This document shows, piece by piece, positions 61,834 to 64,000 of a stretch of DNA of 64,000 nucleotides. Made by a program: the position numbers and the translations under genes. Source of the DNA: Prochlorococcus sp. AG-402-B19 (GTDB lineage: Bacteria; Cyanobacteriota; Cyanobacteriia; PCC-6307; Cyanobiaceae); NCBI GenBank assembly GCA_003279615.1, contig QCHM01000003.1, positions 12,908-76,907 on the forward strand, written 5' to 3'. Below the pieces are notes generated by a model. It was not told the DNA's origin. It worked only from the letters and a program-made list of their open reading frames with translations, and did no database searches. Each line of letters starts with the position of its first letter. Position 1 is the stretch's first letter.

Positions 61834-62886
61834 TCACCTGGTTTTTTTGTGATCTAATTGACGAATAGCTTTTGCTATCTCAGGTAGCTTTTTGAAATTA
61901 GCAGAGCATCTCAACCATAGTTTATTGGGAATAGCAGGGAAGCCGCTAACAACCTTTCCTGCCTCGATATTATTTACTATTCCTGTTTTTGAGCTGGCTA
62001 TCACTCTATCTCCAACTTTGACTTTATTACTTACACCTACTTGTCCAGCAAGAATCACTGCGTCTCCAATCTGAGCTCCTCCAGCAATACCCACTTGAGC
62101 AGCCATTGCGCATCCTTTACCGGTAGTAACTCCATGGCCAATTTGAACTAGGTTATCAATTTTTGTATCTTCACCAATTATTGTCTCCCCTACTGAAGGC
62201 CTATCAATTGTAGATCCACTTCCAACTTCTACTTTATTTTTTAAAATAACTATCCCCACTTGAGGCATTTTCTTCCATCCATGTGGTGTGGGAATGAATC
62301 CAAAACCTTCACCCCCAATAACGGCATTAGCATTAACTACACATTCGTCTCCAAGTTTAGATCCAGAATGAATAACACTATTTGCGTGAATTAAATTTTT
62401 AGCACCAATACTTACATTTTTATATATGACAACGCCTGCATGAAGAATAGTCCCAGCTCCAATTTCTGTATTATCTCCGATATAAGCATTTGCACCAATT
62501 GAAACGCCAAGACCAATTTTTACATTCGCTCCGATGACAGCGCTTTTGTGTATACCTTCACTTTCTATTTCAGAAGGATAAAGAAACTCTAAGGTTTCAG
62601 CAAAAGCAATCTTGGGCTCTTTAAGTAGTATCCAATCAACTGAAATCTTCTTTACTATTTCAGCAATATAATTATTATTTGCTGGTAATAATAGAGCAGA
62701 TGCGTTTGAAGTTTTTATAAGATTTCTAAGATTTAATGGACTATTATTGTCTAGAAAACTGATATCATTTGCCTTGGCTTTTTCTAAGGAAGCTGCAGCT
62801 AAAATAACTGGATTATTTTTTATTTTAAAGTCAACGAAACCAGAGTGACCTTGCTTAAGTTTTTCAACTATTTCATTGAATTTCAT
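61834..62886 (-). CDS. lpxD: UDP-3-O-acylglucosamine N-acyltransferase
   Basis: Hexapeptide repeats, GGEGFGF, PQVG, IDR and [10 protein letters not shown] (ORF track start 62913). Confidence 0.95.
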   Translation of the reverse strand: MKFNEIVEKLKQGHSGFVDFKIKNNPVILAAASLEKAKANDISFLDNNSPLNLRNLIKTSNASALLLPANNNYIAEIVKKISVDWILLKEPKIAFAETLEFLYPSEIESEGIHKSAVIGANVKIGLGVSIGANAYIGDNTEIGAGTILHAGVVIYKNVSIGAKNLIHANSVIHSGSKLGDECVVNANAVIGGEGFGFIPTPHGWKKMPQVGIVILKNKVEVGSGSTIDRPSVGETIIGEDTKIDNLVQIGHGVTTGKGCAMAAQVGIAGGAQIGDAVILAGQVGVSNKVKVGDRVIASSKTGIVNNIEAGKVVSGFPAIPNKLWLRCSANFKKLPEIAKAIRQLDHKKTR

Positions 62887-62931
62887 AATTTGATTTAATT
62901 GGTGAAGTGACAATTACTATTGTTATTTGAG

Positions 62932-64000
62932 TTATTCACTTGTTAGAACTAGAACATCTCGGTGAATAACTAGTGGAGATCCTGTTGTTTCGGATCTAGA
63001 ATTAATTCCTATCTTTATAGCATCACTGCTCATTGAGCAAATTCCTTTAGCAATTTCTTCTCCTTTAGTGTTAATAACTTTTACAGGTTGATTAGCAATA
63101 AAATTCCCACTAACCTTTTTCACACCTACTAATAATAGTGAAGCGCCATTGTTTTTGATAGCTTCACTAGCACCATTATCTAACTGTATTTCACCAACTG
63201 GTTTAATTGCATGTGCTAACCAGCTTTTTCTATTTCCTATAGGGTTTGGATGAGGGTGGAAAACAGTTCCTATTTTTTTTCCATCAAGTAATTCTCCTAA
63301 TATTTCAGGAGACCTGCCATCCGCTAATTGAACTTTTATCCCGCTTTCTGTGGCGATCTTTGCTGCAGTTAATTTTGTTTTTATTCCTCCAGTCCCCCAA
63401 GAAGTTTGTTCATTTGCTAGTTCTAAATTATTTAATTCTTTTGAATTATTAATATCTTTGATTGGCTTGGCTTTACTGTTAATTTTGGGATCAGAAGAAT
63501 AGAGATGATCGATATCAGTTAACAATATTAATTGATCAGCAGATATAGCTGTTGCAACTAATGCAGACAAAGTATCATTATCACCATATTTTAGCTCTTC
63601 ATCTGAGACTATATCATTTTCATTTACTATTGGTATAACATCCCATTCGATCAATCTTTTTATTGTTTGCGAGGCTGATTTATAACTATTTCTTGAGCCC
63701 AATTCTGACCTAGTTAATAATATTTGTGCAACTTTATATCCAAAACTACTCATAGAATTTTCATACAAAGCCATTAAATGAAGTTGACCTATTGCTGCAG
63801 AAGCCTGAAGAGAAATTATTTCTTTAGGCCTTGTTTTGAAGCCCATTTTATGACATCCAAGTCCTACAGCTCCACTAGATACCAATATAATTTTATCTCC
63901 ATTTTTTTTAGCTTTTGATATGTATGAACAATAATTATCAATTATATCTATAGTTGTATATTTATCGTTTCCTCTTAAGAGGCTTGTACCAATCTTTATT
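62932..64000 (-). CDS. proB: Glutamate 5-kinase (5'-partial; start beyond the window)
   Basis: Frame open to the window edge ([10 protein letters not shown]...); [22 protein letters not shown]-x-TK and a PUA domain. Confidence 0.96.
   Translation of the reverse strand, partial: IKIGTSLLRGNDKYTTIDIIDNYCSYISKAKKNGDKIILVSSGAVGLGCHKMGFKTRPKEIISLQASAAIGQLHLMALYENSMSSFGYKVAQILLTRSELGSRNSYKSASQTIKRLIEWDVIPIVNENDIVSDEELKYGDNDTLSALVATAISADQLILLTDIDHLYSSDPKINSKAKPIKDINNSKELNNLELANEQTSWGTGGIKTKLTAAKIATESGIKVQLADGRSPEILGELLDGKKIGTVFHPHPNPIGNRKSWLAHAIKPVGEIQLDNGASEAIKNNGASLLLVGVKKVSGNFIANQPVKVINTKGEEIAKGICSMSSDAIKIGINSRSETTGSPLVIHRDVLVLTSE

Overview
AT-rich (by eye roughly one-third GC), densely coding core-genome segment of a marine picocyanobacterium. 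Gene content and order best fit a low-light Prochlorococcus marinus; this is inferred, not database-checked. It carries about 65 housekeeping genes, including psb28, mnmH, GUN4, glnA (with an NtcA-type promoter), tadA, lspA, bioY, sipA, an M16 peptidase pair, pcyA, devBCA, rpsB-tsf (with the S2 leader RNA), recG, sir, glyS, chlP, typA, lptB/lptF, ccsA, rpe, glpX, hemA, glgC, gnd, pgl, ilvD, cobW, purSQ, class I aldolase, accD, prk, leuB, lpxD and proB. I saw no tRNA, rRNA, CRISPR array or intact mobile element. The main anomaly is the ferredoxin-sulfite reductase ORF. It has an in-frame 113-aa N-terminal extension resembling the N-terminal (DUF6538-like, putative arm-binding) domain of tyrosine integrases. 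A 12-bp tandem direct repeat sits over its putative -10 box and GTG start. Together these look like an integrase 5' end (promoter, arm-like sites, DNA-binding domain) captured by an essential sulfur-assimilation enzyme. Other notable items: three small proteins missed by the ORF track, a multi-lesion pseudogene next to accD, a GT-C-like membrane gene before lptB, a eukaryote-type class I aldolase with no class II neighbour, and a degenerate Upp.
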